Positions 38,203 to 48,394 of a stretch of 64,000 bases of DNA are shown here, piece by piece; positions within the stretch are counted from its first letter, which is position 1, and every line of letters begins with the position of its first letter. The position numbers were made by a program, and so were the translations under genes. The DNA is from an uncultured Methanomassiliicoccales archaeon (lineage in GTDB: Archaea; Thermoplasmatota; Thermoplasmata; RBG-16-68-12; JAJISG01): assembly GCA_964347325.1 (NCBI GenBank), contig CAYFYA010000008.1, forward strand, positions 23,719 through 87,718, in the 5' to 3' direction. The notes beneath the pieces were generated by a model, which was not told the DNA's origin, did no database searches, and saw only the letters and a list, made by a program, of their open reading frames with translations.

Positions 38203-39351
38203 TTAGTGCTGGCGGGTCAGTAGGAGGTTCTGATATGCCTCCACGAGCCTCCTTCTCATGGACTCCCACTGGTACCTCTCGCTGAAGGCGCGGGAACCCC
38301 TAGTCGCCATAGAGCTTCGGCCCTTGAGGTCTCCCAACAGCTCCCCGATGACCCTTCGGATCTCTCGGACATCGTCGTGCTTGACGCAGATACCCACACC
38401 CTCCCTCTCAACAAGCCCGGCATTGGCGGTCCCGTGGCTCGCAAGTGCCGGTATGCCCAGTGCCATGGCTTGCAGCAGGCGGGTGGAGGTTCCCACCCGG
38501 TTGATTCCGTAGGCGGGGTCGTCGAGGAGGAGGACGAGATCGGCGGCTGCGACGTACGAGGCAATCTGCTCGGGAGGGATCCAGCCCACAAACTCCACGT
38601 TCTCCATCCGGGAGCACCTGGCGGCAATGGTCTCCGCCAGAGTCCCGCTACCTCCGATGATGAGGGCCACATCCTCCATCCCGTCGAACACTTCGATGAT
38701 GGTGTCCAGGTTCCGGGACCTCTCCAGCATGCCGATGTAGACGCACACGCCCTTCCCCGACAGGCCGAGCCGCTCCCGCATGACCACCGAGTCGATAACC
38801 TCAAGCTCTTCGGGCATTGGACTGTTCATTACGACGACGACCCGCTTCGACCCCATGCCAAGGTACGCCTCTCGCAGCACGTCGTTGACGGTGATGACGA
38901 GTTCTGGCCCCTTTGCAAGCCTCCTCTCCATCCACTTCAGCAGACGAAGTACAGGACCTGGGGTGTTGTCCCTCACCATCTCCGAGTACAGCTCGTGGGC
39001 GTCGAAGACGCAGGGAACGCTTCTCAGCCTCGCGGCGAAGAGGCCGAGGGGAAGGGTGTCGAAGTCGTGGCAGTGGACAAGCCTGAAGCGGGCCTTGAGC
39101 AACCGCCGCAGCATCCTCGACCACACCAAGGGGAGCTTCACGAGGAGCTCCAGAAAGTTGTCGTAGCCCGCCCGCATCCAGATCCGGTTGACCTGGATGT
39201 TGTCGACATCCTCCCGGCGGGGGAGGCTCGACTCCCTGTCCCAGGCCAGGAGGAGTATGTCGTATCCTTCCTCCGTCAGGACCAGTGCCTCCCTACGGAC
39301 GCGAGCATCTGGACGATACGCGTTGGACAGGAGCATGACGACATCCAGCAA
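38203..39351 (-). CDS. Family 4 glycosyltransferase
   Basis: GT-B fold with 'LQAMALGIPALASH'. Confidence 0.8.
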   Translation of the reverse strand: MLDVVMLLSNAYRPDARVRREALVLTEEGYDILLLAWDRESSLPRREDVDNIQVNRIWMRAGYDNFLELLVKLPLVWSRMLRRLLKARFRLVHCHDFDTLPLGLFAARLRSVPCVFDAHELYSEMVRDNTPGPVLRLLKWMERRLAKGPELVITVNDVLREAYLGMGSKRVVVVMNSPMPEELEVIDSVVMRERLGLSGKGVCVYIGMLERSRNLDTIIEVFDGMEDVALIIGGSGTLAETIAARCSRMENVEFVGWIPPEQIASYVAAADLVLLLDDPAYGINRVGTSTRLLQAMALGIPALASHGTANAGLVEREGVGICVKHDDVREIRRVIGELLGDLKGRSSMATRGSRAFSERYQWESMRRRLVEAYQNLLLTRQH

Positions 39352-39411
39352 CGGTCGAGTCCATCTTGGTCGGTTTATTAAAGGCCACCGTCCCCGATGG
39401 AACTACTCGTC

Positions 39412-39843
39412 CTAGGGCTCTGCAGGGGTCTCCTCACTCGGTCCCTCTTCTTGAGGGGGTGCCTCCCCGCTGAGAATGATGGCGATAGCACCAGAGAGGA
39501 TCAGGCCGTATCCCCACCAGCCCGTGAGCAGCATGAGGGCAACGACGTTGTCCAGGGTCACGCCCGCAATCCCGAGATAGAGTACTGCCACAGGCCCGAA
39601 GACGCTCAGCAGCCCGGCTAACAGAGCCACCCATGCGGCCTTTATCAGCCTCTCACGGACGAAGATTCCACCGGCGACGGCGCCGGCTCCGGCAATGAAC
39701 CCAAGAATGGGGATGAGGAGGAGGATGGCTGCCCTCCCGGCGGCCGCCTGCAGGAAGGCCGTGAAGGCGAATAGCACCAGAAAGGACCAGAGGAAGCCCA
39801 GGGCTCCGAAGGAGATGCTGAAGGCGCGGATCCATCTCGTCAT
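39412..39843 (-). CDS. Hypothetical 4-TM membrane protein
   Basis: Hydrophobicity only. Confidence 0.4.
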   Translation of the reverse strand: MTRWIRAFSISFGALGFLWSFLVLFAFTAFLQAAAGRAAILLLIPILGFIAGAGAVAGGIFVRERLIKAAWVALLAGLLSVFGPVAVLYLGIAGVTLDNVVALMLLTGWWGYGLILSGAIAIILSGEAPPQEEGPSEETPAEP

Positions 39844-39940
39844 GCAGTCCGGGAGGCCGATGGGGGCCCCACGACTTATCGATTGCGTCGGATGGCCGTC
39901 GCTTACGCTAGCGTGGTCCTATCCAGTATGACTCGGGGGC

Positions 39941-42286
39941 CTAGTGGACTTCTCCGTGACCGTACCTGTGGGGGTCTGCGTCGAAGGTCTCCTTGCAGTG
40001 GGCGCTGCAGAAGTAGAAGACCACGCCCGCGTGTTCTGAGCTACCGTAGGCCGTGTCGGGATTGACGTCCATTCCGCAAACTGGGTCCTTCGCCATGGTG
40101 GGCCTCCTTTCCTCCCACTTCGTGATGGTGGGTCGGAATCTCTTCAGCAATAAAGAGTTAGCTACAACCGTTGTAGAGGAGAACCCCATGGCGGCCCCGG
40201 CGAAGATAGGGTCCAGCAGCAGGCCAACGAGGGGGTATAGTATACCGGCCGCCACCGGGATGAGGGCCGTGTTGTAGGCGAAGGCCCAGAACAGGTTCTG
40301 TCGTATCTTGGAGTACGTCCTGCGGCTGAGTTGAATGGAGGCCACCACATCCCGGAGGTCGTCCTTCACCAGGACGATGCCGCCCGCCTCCCTGGCGACG
40401 TCTGTGCCGCTGCCGATGGCGATCCCCACATCCGCTTGAGCGAGGGCTGGGGCGTCGTTGATCCCGTCCCCCACCATGGCGACGGAGTGGCCCTTAGCCT
40501 GGAGCTCCTTGACCTTCTCCGCCTTGTCCCCCGGAAGCACCTCGGCCATGACCTCCTCGATGCCAACCTGAGCGGCGACGGCCATGGCCGTCCTCTCGTT
40601 GTCCCCTGTCAGCATAACGGGCCGGATGTTCATGGCCTTGAGCGCCTCCAACACTTCCTTGGCGTGCTCTTTGGGCGCGTCGGCTACGGCGAAGACGCCC
40701 GCCAGTTCATCGTCGACGGCCAAGAGCATGACGGTCTTGCCCTGCTGCTCGAGACCCTGCATCGTGCTCTCCATCTTGGAGAGTTCGACCCCGCTCTCCT
40801 GCATCAGCTTCCGGTTGCCGAGGAGGACTTTCCTGCTCTTCACCTTGGCCCTGACTCCGTGGCCCGGTACCGCCTTGAACTCCTCAGGGTCCACAGCCGC
40901 GATGCCGACCTCCTCCGCCTTTCGCAGTATCGCCTGGGCTAGGGGATGTTCAGAACCCTTCTCGGCCCCTGCGGCGAATCCGTAGACCTCCTCCACCGGA
41001 AGGCCCACGGGCACGACGTCAATCACCTCCGGCCTTCCCTTAGTGAGGGTTCCGGTCTTGTCGAAAATCACGATGTCTAGCTTGCGGGCCTTCTCCAGGT
41101 GCTCCCCTCCTTTGATGAGCAGGCCATTCTCGGCCCCCATGCCAGTGCCGACCATGATGGCGGCTGGGGTAGCGATTCCCAGGGCACATGGACAGGCGAT
41201 AATCAGGACGGCCACGAAGACCGTCAGACTGAATGTGAAGGAGGAGAGCTCGACAGGGGGAGTCCAGAGCCCGGTTCCTATGAAGTACCAGAACAGGGCG
41301 GCGATGATGGCAACGCTGATGACCGCCGGGACAAAGTAGCCCGCAACGACGTCTGCCAACCTCTGGATGGGGGCCCTGGACTCCTGGGCCTCCTCCACCA
41401 GGTGGATGATCTGGGCCAGCGTGGTGTCCTTCCCCACCTTGGTGGCCCTGAACTTCAGCATCCCGGTCTTGTTGATGGTGGCGCCGATGACCTCGTCCTC
41501 CAGCCCCTTCTCCACCGGAAGGGACTCGCCAGTAATCATAGACTCGTCCAGGGCTGACTGACCCTCCAGGATGACCCCATCCACGGGGACCTTCTCGCCC
41601 GGACGGACTACGACGATCTCACCCACCTCCACCTGCTCTACTGGGACCTCGACCTCCTCCCCATCACGGATGACTTTGGCCATCCTCGGGGCGAGGTCCA
41701 TCAGCCGGCGGATGGCCTCCGAGGCTCTCCCCTTGGCCTTCTCCTCGAAGAAGCGGCCCAGGAGGATGAGGGAAATGATGAAGGCCGCCGTGTCGAAGAA
41801 GACCGCCTCGCTGGCGAAGAAGGTCGGGAGGAATGTGACGACGGTGCTGTACCCGTAGGCGGCGCTGGTCCCCACGGCGATGAGGAGGTCCATGTTGGCG
41901 ACGCGATTCTTGAGGGCGTCCAAGGAACCGCGGTAGTATCGCCATCCTGCGACGAACTGCACGGGGGTGGCGAGGGCGAAGAGGACGAAGTTGCGGATGG
42001 CGGGCTCGAGGATGGGCAGTATGCTAAGGATGAGTATGGGTATCGAGAGGGAGAAGCTCAGGACGAGGAGCCGCTTGAGATGCCCGAGCTCCTTCGCCGG
42101 CTCCTTGAAGGTCAGCAGGCAGGTCTCGCTGCAGAAGAAGTAGTCTTTGCCATCCACAGTGGCCACTAGCTTGACCTTCGTCTCGTCCACGTACATGCCG
42201 CACACTGGGTCCTTCGCCAAGACTACCTCCTTGTGGAGAGAAGACCCGGTCGTACTTAAGCGGTGTCTACACGAGGCCTGGGCCAT
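39941..42286 (-). CDS. copA: Heavy-metal (Cu+) translocating P1B-type ATPase with N- and C-terminal TRASH/YHS metal-binding domains
   Basis: '[11 protein letters not shown]' (CPC), 'DKTGTLT', 'GDGINDAP'. N-terminal '[16 protein letters not shown]' and C-terminal '[16 protein letters not shown]'. Confidence 0.9.
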   Translation of the reverse strand: MAQASCRHRLSTTGSSLHKEVVLAKDPVCGMYVDETKVKLVATVDGKDYFFCSETCLLTFKEPAKELGHLKRLLVLSFSLSIPILILSILPILEPAIRNFVLFALATPVQFVAGWRYYRGSLDALKNRVANMDLLIAVGTSAAYGYSTVVTFLPTFFASEAVFFDTAAFIISLILLGRFFEEKAKGRASEAIRRLMDLAPRMAKVIRDGEEVEVPVEQVEVGEIVVVRPGEKVPVDGVILEGQSALDESMITGESLPVEKGLEDEVIGATINKTGMLKFRATKVGKDTTLAQIIHLVEEAQESRAPIQRLADVVAGYFVPAVISVAIIAALFWYFIGTGLWTPPVELSSFTFSLTVFVAVLIIACPCALGIATPAAIMVGTGMGAENGLLIKGGEHLEKARKLDIVIFDKTGTLTKGRPEVIDVVPVGLPVEEVYGFAAGAEKGSEHPLAQAILRKAEEVGIAAVDPEEFKAVPGHGVRAKVKSRKVLLGNRKLMQESGVELSKMESTMQGLEQQGKTVMLLAVDDELAGVFAVADAPKEHAKEVLEALKAMNIRPVMLTGDNERTAMAVAAQVGIEEVMAEVLPGDKAEKVKELQAKGHSVAMVGDGINDAPALAQADVGIAIGSGTDVAREAGGIVLVKDDLRDVVASIQLSRRTYSKIRQNLFWAFAYNTALIPVAAGILYPLVGLLLDPIFAGAAMGFSSTTVVANSLLLKRFRPTITKWEERRPTMAKDPVCGMDVNPDTAYGSSEHAGVVFYFCSAHCKETFDADPHRYGHGEVH

Positions 42287-42374
42287 TGGCCGACCGTGAT
42301 GAGCCTAAGAGTAGAGCCGGAGGAAAAGGAGTCTCCTTGGCTAGAGTCCCTTGGATGATAATGGTTGAGGAAGG

Positions 42375-42382
42375 CTTAATAG
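42375..42382 (+). promoter_or_regulatory. Putative TATA box (CTTAATAG) about 34 bp upstream of the GTPase ATG; leaderless-type promoter
   Basis: Only AT-rich element upstream of 42412. Confidence 0.3.
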
Positions 42383-42411
42383 CCCTCTTCCCCCAGCACC
42401 TTCTGACCTAG

Positions 42412-42966
42412 ATGGCTAAGAAGGCCGATAGGGCGAAACTCAAGATTTGCCTCGCCGGTGAGGCCGCCGTGGGGAAGACCTCCCTTATCCGTCGATTCGT
42501 CTACGACCAGTTCGACGAGAAGTACACCGTGACCCTGGGGGCCAAGGTGACTAAGAAGACGGTAACCTTCAAGGGCAAGAAGGGCGACCTCGAGGTGGAC
42601 CTAGCCATCTGGGACATCATGGGCGAGAAGTTCCTTCGAGAACTGCTCCGGGAAGCCTATTTCTACGGCGCCCAGGGAATCCTCGCGGTTTGCGACGTCA
42701 CGAGGGCGGAGACCCTTGTCGACTTAGAGGACTGGAAGACAGCGATTGAGAAGGTAGTCGGGAAGGTGCCAGTGATCGTCCTGGCCAACAAGTCCGACTT
42801 GGTGGACGAGACGGTCATCGACGAGAAAGGCCTCAAGCTCTTCTGCGAAGAGTGGCACTGTCCCTATCTCCTCACCAGCGCCAAGGAGGGGGACAACGTG
42901 GAGAAGGCCTTCCAGGATATTGCGGACACGGTGCTGGAAGGCATCACCGCCGAACGCATTGCCTGA
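42412..42966 (+). CDS. Ras-superfamily small GTPase (Rab/Ran-like)
   Basis: G1 'GEAAVGKTS', G2 Thr in 'YTVTLG', G3 'WDIMG', G4 'NKSD', G5 'TSAK'. 184 aa, with no lipidation motif. Confidence 0.8.
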   Translation: MAKKADRAKLKICLAGEAAVGKTSLIRRFVYDQFDEKYTVTLGAKVTKKTVTFKGKKGDLEVDLAIWDIMGEKFLRELLREAYFYGAQGILAVCDVTRAETLVDLEDWKTAIEKVVGKVPVIVLANKSDLVDETVIDEKGLKLFCEEWHCPYLLTSAKEGDNVEKAFQDIADTVLEGITAERIA

Positions 42967-43445
42967 GTGGCGAATCTACCACAGACCTGAACGAGCGGTT
43001 CCAGATCCGACTCATGGCGATTCCTGGATTGTGAACGGTGATTCAGAGAGCGGTGTCGGCCGCAGGCGATGTGGAACCGACACCTTTGATAACCATCCAC
43101 TCATCGATCAGCAGTGGTAAGCTGCTCGCGTGGTTAGGGGAGAATAACGCAGCCGATGATCTGGCCTCAGTATGATAGGGGGTCCGTTTCCAAGTTCTGG
43201 GAGATACTGGCCCTGGGATCCCCCAAGGGCGAGCGCTTGCCTCGATTCTCCCGGTAATGATGGTGTGATTAGTGGCGGGAAGTCAAGTGCCGTGTCATCC
43301 CCCATCTCTGCGTAAAAGATGTATCGAGTCTTCGATAGGGAGGCTACAATCCCGATTCCTCCGCTAATGAGGTGGTCGGTGGCCAAGGAGGTGACCGCGA
43401 GACTGACAGCCTCATGGTCTGGAAGCGTCTGAGGTAATCCTACCT

Positions 43446-44144
43446 TCAGCGTACGGCGATGCCGAGGCCAGGAACTGCAAACCTGGCCTCCACGAGCCTC
43501 AGGAAGAGCGTCAACAATAGAGACAGCGCAAGGAAGACGGCGGCCGCCATCAGAAAGGCCTCCAAAGTGACTCCGAGGGTCTGTCCAAAGCGTCGGGTGA
43601 CGCTGATGAGATCAGGAACGGCGGTGCCCGCTACCAAGAAAGCGATAGAGGTGGCGTCCTTGAACATGATGATGTACTCATTGGTTAGAGGCGGCGAGAT
43701 CGTTCTCAAGGCCTGGGGGAGAATGACGTGTCTCATCGTTTGCCCGCGAGTCATTCCGATTGACGAGGCAGCCTCGATTTGCCCGGTGGCGATGGACTGG
43801 AATCCCGCCCTGAAGATCTCCCCCTGATAGGCGCTCGTGTTGATGGTCAGGGCGATGATGATACGATTGATTGCAGGGATGTTCAGCGACACGTCGATCC
43901 CCGCTTCATTGAAGAGTATGTTGAGGGCTGGGAAGGAGAAAAAGACAATGAACATCTGGATTAGCAGTGGTGTCCCCCGGATCAGCTCCGTGTAGCCGCG
44001 GGCAACCGCGCGAGCGCCGGCGAAGCGGGAGACTCGACCCCAGCCGACCATGAAACCGATGACTACCCCTACGCCTATGGACGTGAGGGCCATCTGAAGG
44101 TTTAGCATAACCGCAGGCGCCACATCCCTCAGATACTGTGCCAC
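43446..44144 (-). CDS. Polar amino-acid ABC transporter permease (HisM/GlnP family)
   Basis: The 'EAA-loop' region 'EAASSIGMTRGQTMRHVILPQAL' is typical of this family. Confidence 0.85.
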   Translation of the reverse strand: MAQYLRDVAPAVMLNLQMALTSIGVGVVIGFMVGWGRVSRFAGARAVARGYTELIRGTPLLIQMFIVFFSFPALNILFNEAGIDVSLNIPAINRIIIALTINTSAYQGEIFRAGFQSIATGQIEAASSIGMTRGQTMRHVILPQALRTISPPLTNEYIIMFKDATSIAFLVAGTAVPDLISVTRRFGQTLGVTLEAFLMAAAVFLALSLLLTLFLRLVEARFAVPGLGIAVR

Positions 44145-44168
44145 GACTTCGAGGACCAGTATGCCACC

Positions 44169-44900
44169 TCACGTCAGGATCTTGCTGATGAAGTCTCGCA
44201 CTCGGTCATGCTTGGGGCGTTCCAAGATATCCTCCGGGGGACCCTCCTCCAAGATGATTCCCTCCGCCAGGAACAGGACACGGTGGGCAACGCTTCGGAC
44301 AAACCCCATCTCATGGGAGACTACTAGCATGGTCATCCCCTCTCGAGCCAGCTGGATCATGACCTCCAAAACCTCCCCGATCAGCTCTGGATCTAGGGCG
44401 CTCGTGGGTTCATCAAAAAGCACGGCCTTAGGATTCATGGCAAGAGCCCGGGCGATGGCGACCCGCTGTTGCTGTCCTCCTGACAGCTGGGCGGGGTAGC
44501 TGTCTGCCTTGTCCCCAAGCCCTACCTTCTCCAGCAGCTGACGTCCGGCGGCGTCGGAGGCGGCGTTGGAGATCCGGAGTACCTTTGTCATCCCGACAGT
44601 GACGTTCTGAAGGGCGGTCAGATGCGTAAACAGGTTGAAGTTCTGGAAAACCATCCCCACCTGACGGCGGAGACCCTCCACGCCCTTCTTGACTCCAGTT
44701 ATGGGAGCGCCATCGATGTAGACCTCGCCCTCGTCAGGGTCCACTAGGCGGTTGACGCACCGCAACAGCGTGCTCTTGCCGGACCCGCTGGGTCCAACGA
44801 TGACCACGACTTCTCCCTTGTCGACCTCCAGGGAGACCCCCCTTAGGACATTTTGGTCACCAAAGCTCTTGTGCACGTTTACCACTTGAATGATGCTCAA
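44169..44900 (-). CDS. Polar amino-acid ABC transporter ATP-binding protein (GlnQ/HisP-like). The listed ORF is extended at its 5' end; probable TTG start.
   Basis: 'GPSGSGKSTLL', '[14 protein letters not shown]', 'VLFDEPTSALD'. Confidence 0.85.
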   Translation of the reverse strand: MSIIQVVNVHKSFGDQNVLRGVSLEVDKGEVVVIVGPSGSGKSTLLRCVNRLVDPDEGEVYIDGAPITGVKKGVEGLRRQVGMVFQNFNLFTHLTALQNVTVGMTKVLRISNAASDAAGRQLLEKVGLGDKADSYPAQLSGGQQQRVAIARALAMNPKAVLFDEPTSALDPELIGEVLEVMIQLAREGMTMLVVSHEMGFVRSVAHRVLFLAEGIILEEGPPEDILERPKHDRVRDFISKILT

Positions 44901-45703
44901 GCAGTCACCACCCCCAATCCGGGGACCTTGTAGTTCTCCTCCACGATCTGAATCGTCTTTGAGATGGCGATGGTCAGTACGAGATAGACGGCGGCCGCCA
45001 CCAAGAAGATCAAGGGCCAGACGGAGGGGTCCAAGATGGAAAGCTGCAGCGACCGGGCCCGGGCGGTTACCTCGAATACCCCTGGGAACTGGCTCGGGAT
45101 GCCAGTGAGGGCCACCAGGAGCGACGTGTCCTTCAGGACGATGATCCACTCGTTGCCCAGCGGTGGGAGAATGGTTCGGACGACCTGGGGCAAGGTGATG
45201 TGTCTCATGGTTTGCCAGTATGTCAGGCCGAGACTATGGGCTGCCTCGATCTGACCGTGAGCGATCGACTCGAATCCGGAGCGGAAGACCTCTGCCTGGT
45301 AGGCCCCGCTGCTGATCCCGAGGGCGATGATTCCCCAGAGGAAGCTGCTGTCCACGTCGCCCAGCCACCCAAGAAGTGGGGTCAACCTGCCGATGCGGGG
45401 GAAGATGACGATGGCTAGCAGGACAATTATGATGCGAGGAATTCCCCGTAGGGTCTCCACATACACTCCAGCTGGCACGGAGGCCAGCGGATGCCTCGTG
45501 GAGCGTCCCCAGCCGACCACGAATCCGATGAGGAGCCCTAGCATGGCCGACCCGAGGAAGAGCATGACGGTGTTCCCGACTGTGACCCCCCAGAAGCAGA
45601 TGTAGTCGCTGAGGATTCCCGCCGCGCACAGGAGGATGAAGGTCGCGATGCCCGCTGGGATGGCGGCCAGAAGGAGGACGGTGTAGAGTTGCCTCTTACG
45701 CAC
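44897..45703 (-). CDS. Polar amino-acid ABC transporter permease (second membrane subunit)
   Basis: 'EAAHSLGLTYWQTMRHITLPQVV' EAA loop. Confidence 0.85.
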   Translation of the reverse strand: MRKRQLYTVLLLAAIPAGIATFILLCAAGILSDYICFWGVTVGNTVMLFLGSAMLGLLIGFVVGWGRSTRHPLASVPAGVYVETLRGIPRIIIVLLAIVIFPRIGRLTPLLGWLGDVDSSFLWGIIALGISSGAYQAEVFRSGFESIAHGQIEAAHSLGLTYWQTMRHITLPQVVRTILPPLGNEWIIVLKDTSLLVALTGIPSQFPGVFEVTARARSLQLSILDPSVWPLIFLVAAAVYLVLTIAISKTIQIVEENYKVPGLGVVTA

Positions 45704-45752
45704 GCTAGGCCTCCGTTATGGACGGGAGGTGAGCTACTCGGAGCCCTTATAC

Positions 45753-46613
45753 TTACGGTCCGAACCACTCGTCGAAGATGTCGTCGTACGTGCCGTCAGC
45801 AATGAGCTTGGCCAGTGACGCGTCCACGGCTCCCTTGAGGGCGACCTCGCCCAGGGGCATGGGGATGCCGAACTCCTCGTTAGTGATGATGGTGTCGACA
45901 ATGACCACGCTACCAGCGCCCTCGTAGCCCTCCGCCACCGGCTGGTCGATGACCACAGCATCCACCTCGTTCGCGAGGAGTAGCTGTATGGCGTCCGTGA
46001 ACAGGGTCGTCGCCGTCTTCGTGACGGTTCCGCCCCACTCGCCTTCGAACGTCTCCTCGATCCAGGCCTCTGAGGTCGTAAACTCCTGGTAGGCTACCCT
46101 GGTTCCGTTCAAATCATCAACGGAGTTGATAATTCCAACCTGGGGACCGCCGGCGCGGATGACGACCGTCAGGTTGCTGCGGAAGTACGGGTCCGAGAAG
46201 AGGAAGGTCTGCTTCCTTGCATCGGTGATAGTCATGGCGGAAATGGCCAGGTCGATGGTCTTGTCAGGGACAGCCTCGAAGATGGGATCCCAACCGATGT
46301 TCCGGACTTCCACATCGAGGCCCATGACCTCTCCGATGGCTGTAATTAGGTCGATGTCAAATCCTTCGATTTCAAGTGTATCGGGGTTGACGTTCTCGAA
46401 GGGCGGGAAGGCAGCGTCTGTTCCGACGATGATGTGTCCGCGAAGGTAGATATCCTCGAGGAGGGTGTCTGCTGTGCGGGCAGGGGGCTGAATGACGAGG
46501 CTGATGCCGTAGCCGGCGCCAATGCCGACGACGAGGAGTACGATGGCCAGACCGACTGCGAGCACTCTGGAGATTTGGGCTCCTTGCTGAGGGGCGACTC
46601 CTTCTTGTGCCAC
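45753..46613 (-). CDS. Amino-acid ABC transporter substrate-binding protein (SBP family 3) with an N-terminal membrane anchor
   Basis: N-terminal TM segment, then the SBP_bac_3-like 'IIVGTDAAFPPFE..EGFDIDLITAIGEVMG'. Confidence 0.8.
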   Translation of the reverse strand: MAQEGVAPQQGAQISRVLAVGLAIVLLVVGIGAGYGISLVIQPPARTADTLLEDIYLRGHIIVGTDAAFPPFENVNPDTLEIEGFDIDLITAIGEVMGLDVEVRNIGWDPIFEAVPDKTIDLAISAMTITDARKQTFLFSDPYFRSNLTVVIRAGGPQVGIINSVDDLNGTRVAYQEFTTSEAWIEETFEGEWGGTVTKTATTLFTDAIQLLLANEVDAVVIDQPVAEGYEGAGSVVIVDTIITNEEFGIPMPLGEVALKGAVDASLAKLIADGTYDDIFDEWFGP

Positions 46614-46631
46614 GAGGTTGGCATTGGGTAC

Positions 46632-46642
46632 GGTTATATAAC
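46632..46642. promoter_or_regulatory. Putative TATA box (GGTTATATAAC) for the minus-strand SBP operon
   Basis: About 24 bp upstream of the start at 46613. A second TATA-like element 'CACTATAGCATAT' at 46727-46739 faces the radical-SAM gene. Confidence 0.3.
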
Positions 46643-46768
46643 TCTTCTTCCCGGCCTACCGTCATCTTAATTATGAGAGATGGCTAACAGGGCAGAAACC
46701 AGCGCAAAACTTCGAATATTCCTTGCCACTATAGCATATCGTACTCTGGTGAGGGGAGAGCCGAGGAG

Positions 46769-48334
46769 ATGGCATCCGAGGGCTTCGAAATTGTCTTGAC
46801 GGGCGGGACTGCGCTGATGAGCGACTATGGTGGAACTCCATTATGGGGCTTCGCCTCCGCCCTGCCCGAGGAGTTCTTCCCCTCCGTTGTGGACAAGCGT
46901 CTCTTCCCCACCAGGTCCGACCGGAACGGTCGAGCAAGGGAAGCCCCCTTGGCACTCTGCAAGATCGAAGCCTCCCTCCTGCGGGACGGCTTCACCAGGG
47001 ACCAGGTCATCATCGCCGATCCTCGGAAGCTGGACCGAGTCGTCGGACCCGAGACCAAGGCAGTCGGTCTCACGACTATGGACCCGCTGGGCGTCAGCTT
47101 CGGCAGTGGCGTCATCTACATGCTGATGCGCCTGATGGGCTACCAGCCGAAGGGTCGCTCCTACATCTCCCGCAGCTTCCTGCGGGTGCTGCACCACCCC
47201 GCCCTGGAGAGGTACAGGCCCAAGGTGATTCTGGGAGGGCCGGCGGCCTGGCAGTTCCTCGACCTCACGAACCCGAAGGAGAGCGGCATCGACTGCATCA
47301 TCGAGGGCGAGGGGGAGACCGTCGTCCAGGACGTATTCCGGAGGGCCGTCCGTGGAGAGGAGCTCCCCCCGGTGGTCCATGGCCCCCCGCCGCCGGCGGA
47401 GGACATACCGACCATCGCGACCCCCTCCATAGGAGGCATCGTCGAGGTGACTCGAGGATGCGGCCGGGGCTGCAAGTTCTGCCACCCAACGCTGCTCTCC
47501 TTCCGCTCCATGCCCCTGGAGGCCATCGAGAAGGAGGTCCAGCTCAATATCGACCACGGGGCGCCGGCCGTTTGCCTCCACTCGGAGGAGTTCTTCCGCT
47601 ACGGCGTGCGCGGGCTGACACCCGACCCGAAGAAGGTGGAGAGGCTTCTGCAGCGTGTGCACTGCTTGACCGGGGACGACGTGTACCTGGAGACGGATTT
47701 CACCACCGCGGCCACCGTGATGACGAAGCCGGAGGTCGTGCCCCTGGCTGCTGACTACATGACCAATGGTCGGTGGAGCTACATCGAGATGGGCATCGAA
47801 ACGCCCAGCCCCAGGATGATCATAAGGATAATGCCGGGCAAGGTCCTCCCCTTCAAACCGGAGGAGTACGGGGAGGTGGTGGAGCAGTCCATCGGGCTGC
47901 TGAACGACCACCGTTGGATCGTCTGTGCCACGATGATCACCAACATGCCTGGTGAGACGGAGGAGGACGTCATCGCGGCCCTGGAGTTGGTGGACCGCCT
48001 CAAGAGCTCCAAGGCCCTGATTAACGTGCTGCCCTTTATCCCCATGGGAGCGCTACGCGGGAGGCACCAGACGATCTACAACGAGGTGCTGGCAGACCCA
48101 CTGCGGGCGGAACTCATCATCCGGGGCTTCCTGCAGACGGAGAGAATGCTTGAGAGCGGGCCTGGAAGGCTGGTCGGCTGCAGGGACATCCACTCGACCT
48201 GGGGTCGCGCCTTGAGGCACTTCATGATGTGGGCCTCGGCGACGTGGTCCATCGGCAAGCTGGAAGCGAAGCTGTCGGAGTTGCACCCGAGTTTCGAGGC
48301 GTCTGTAGCAGTGCCCGAGATCGTCGCCCGCTGA
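46769..48334 (+). CDS. Radical SAM enzyme with an N-terminal B12-binding-like domain
   Basis: 'VTRGCGRGCKFCHP' (CxxxCxxC), preceded by a Rossmann-like N-terminal domain. Confidence 0.7.
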   Translation: MASEGFEIVLTGGTALMSDYGGTPLWGFASALPEEFFPSVVDKRLFPTRSDRNGRAREAPLALCKIEASLLRDGFTRDQVIIADPRKLDRVVGPETKAVGLTTMDPLGVSFGSGVIYMLMRLMGYQPKGRSYISRSFLRVLHHPALERYRPKVILGGPAAWQFLDLTNPKESGIDCIIEGEGETVVQDVFRRAVRGEELPPVVHGPPPPAEDIPTIATPSIGGIVEVTRGCGRGCKFCHPTLLSFRSMPLEAIEKEVQLNIDHGAPAVCLHSEEFFRYGVRGLTPDPKKVERLLQRVHCLTGDDVYLETDFTTAATVMTKPEVVPLAADYMTNGRWSYIEMGIETPSPRMIIRIMPGKVLPFKPEEYGEVVEQSIGLLNDHRWIVCATMITNMPGETEEDVIAALELVDRLKSSKALINVLPFIPMGALRGRHQTIYNEVLADPLRAELIIRGFLQTERMLESGPGRLVGCRDIHSTWGRALRHFMMWASATWSIGKLEAKLSELHPSFEASVAVPEIVAR

Positions 48335-48394
48335 TGGGAGGCACCGCAAGCTTTACGGCGGAGGAAATCATCCAACGCGAAAGGGGAAGCGGAC

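Noticed and set aside
43108-43386. 92-aa minus-strand ORF in the long intergenic region
   Set aside because: It is Pro/Gly-rich with no hydrophobic core and no RBS. It is treated as non-coding.
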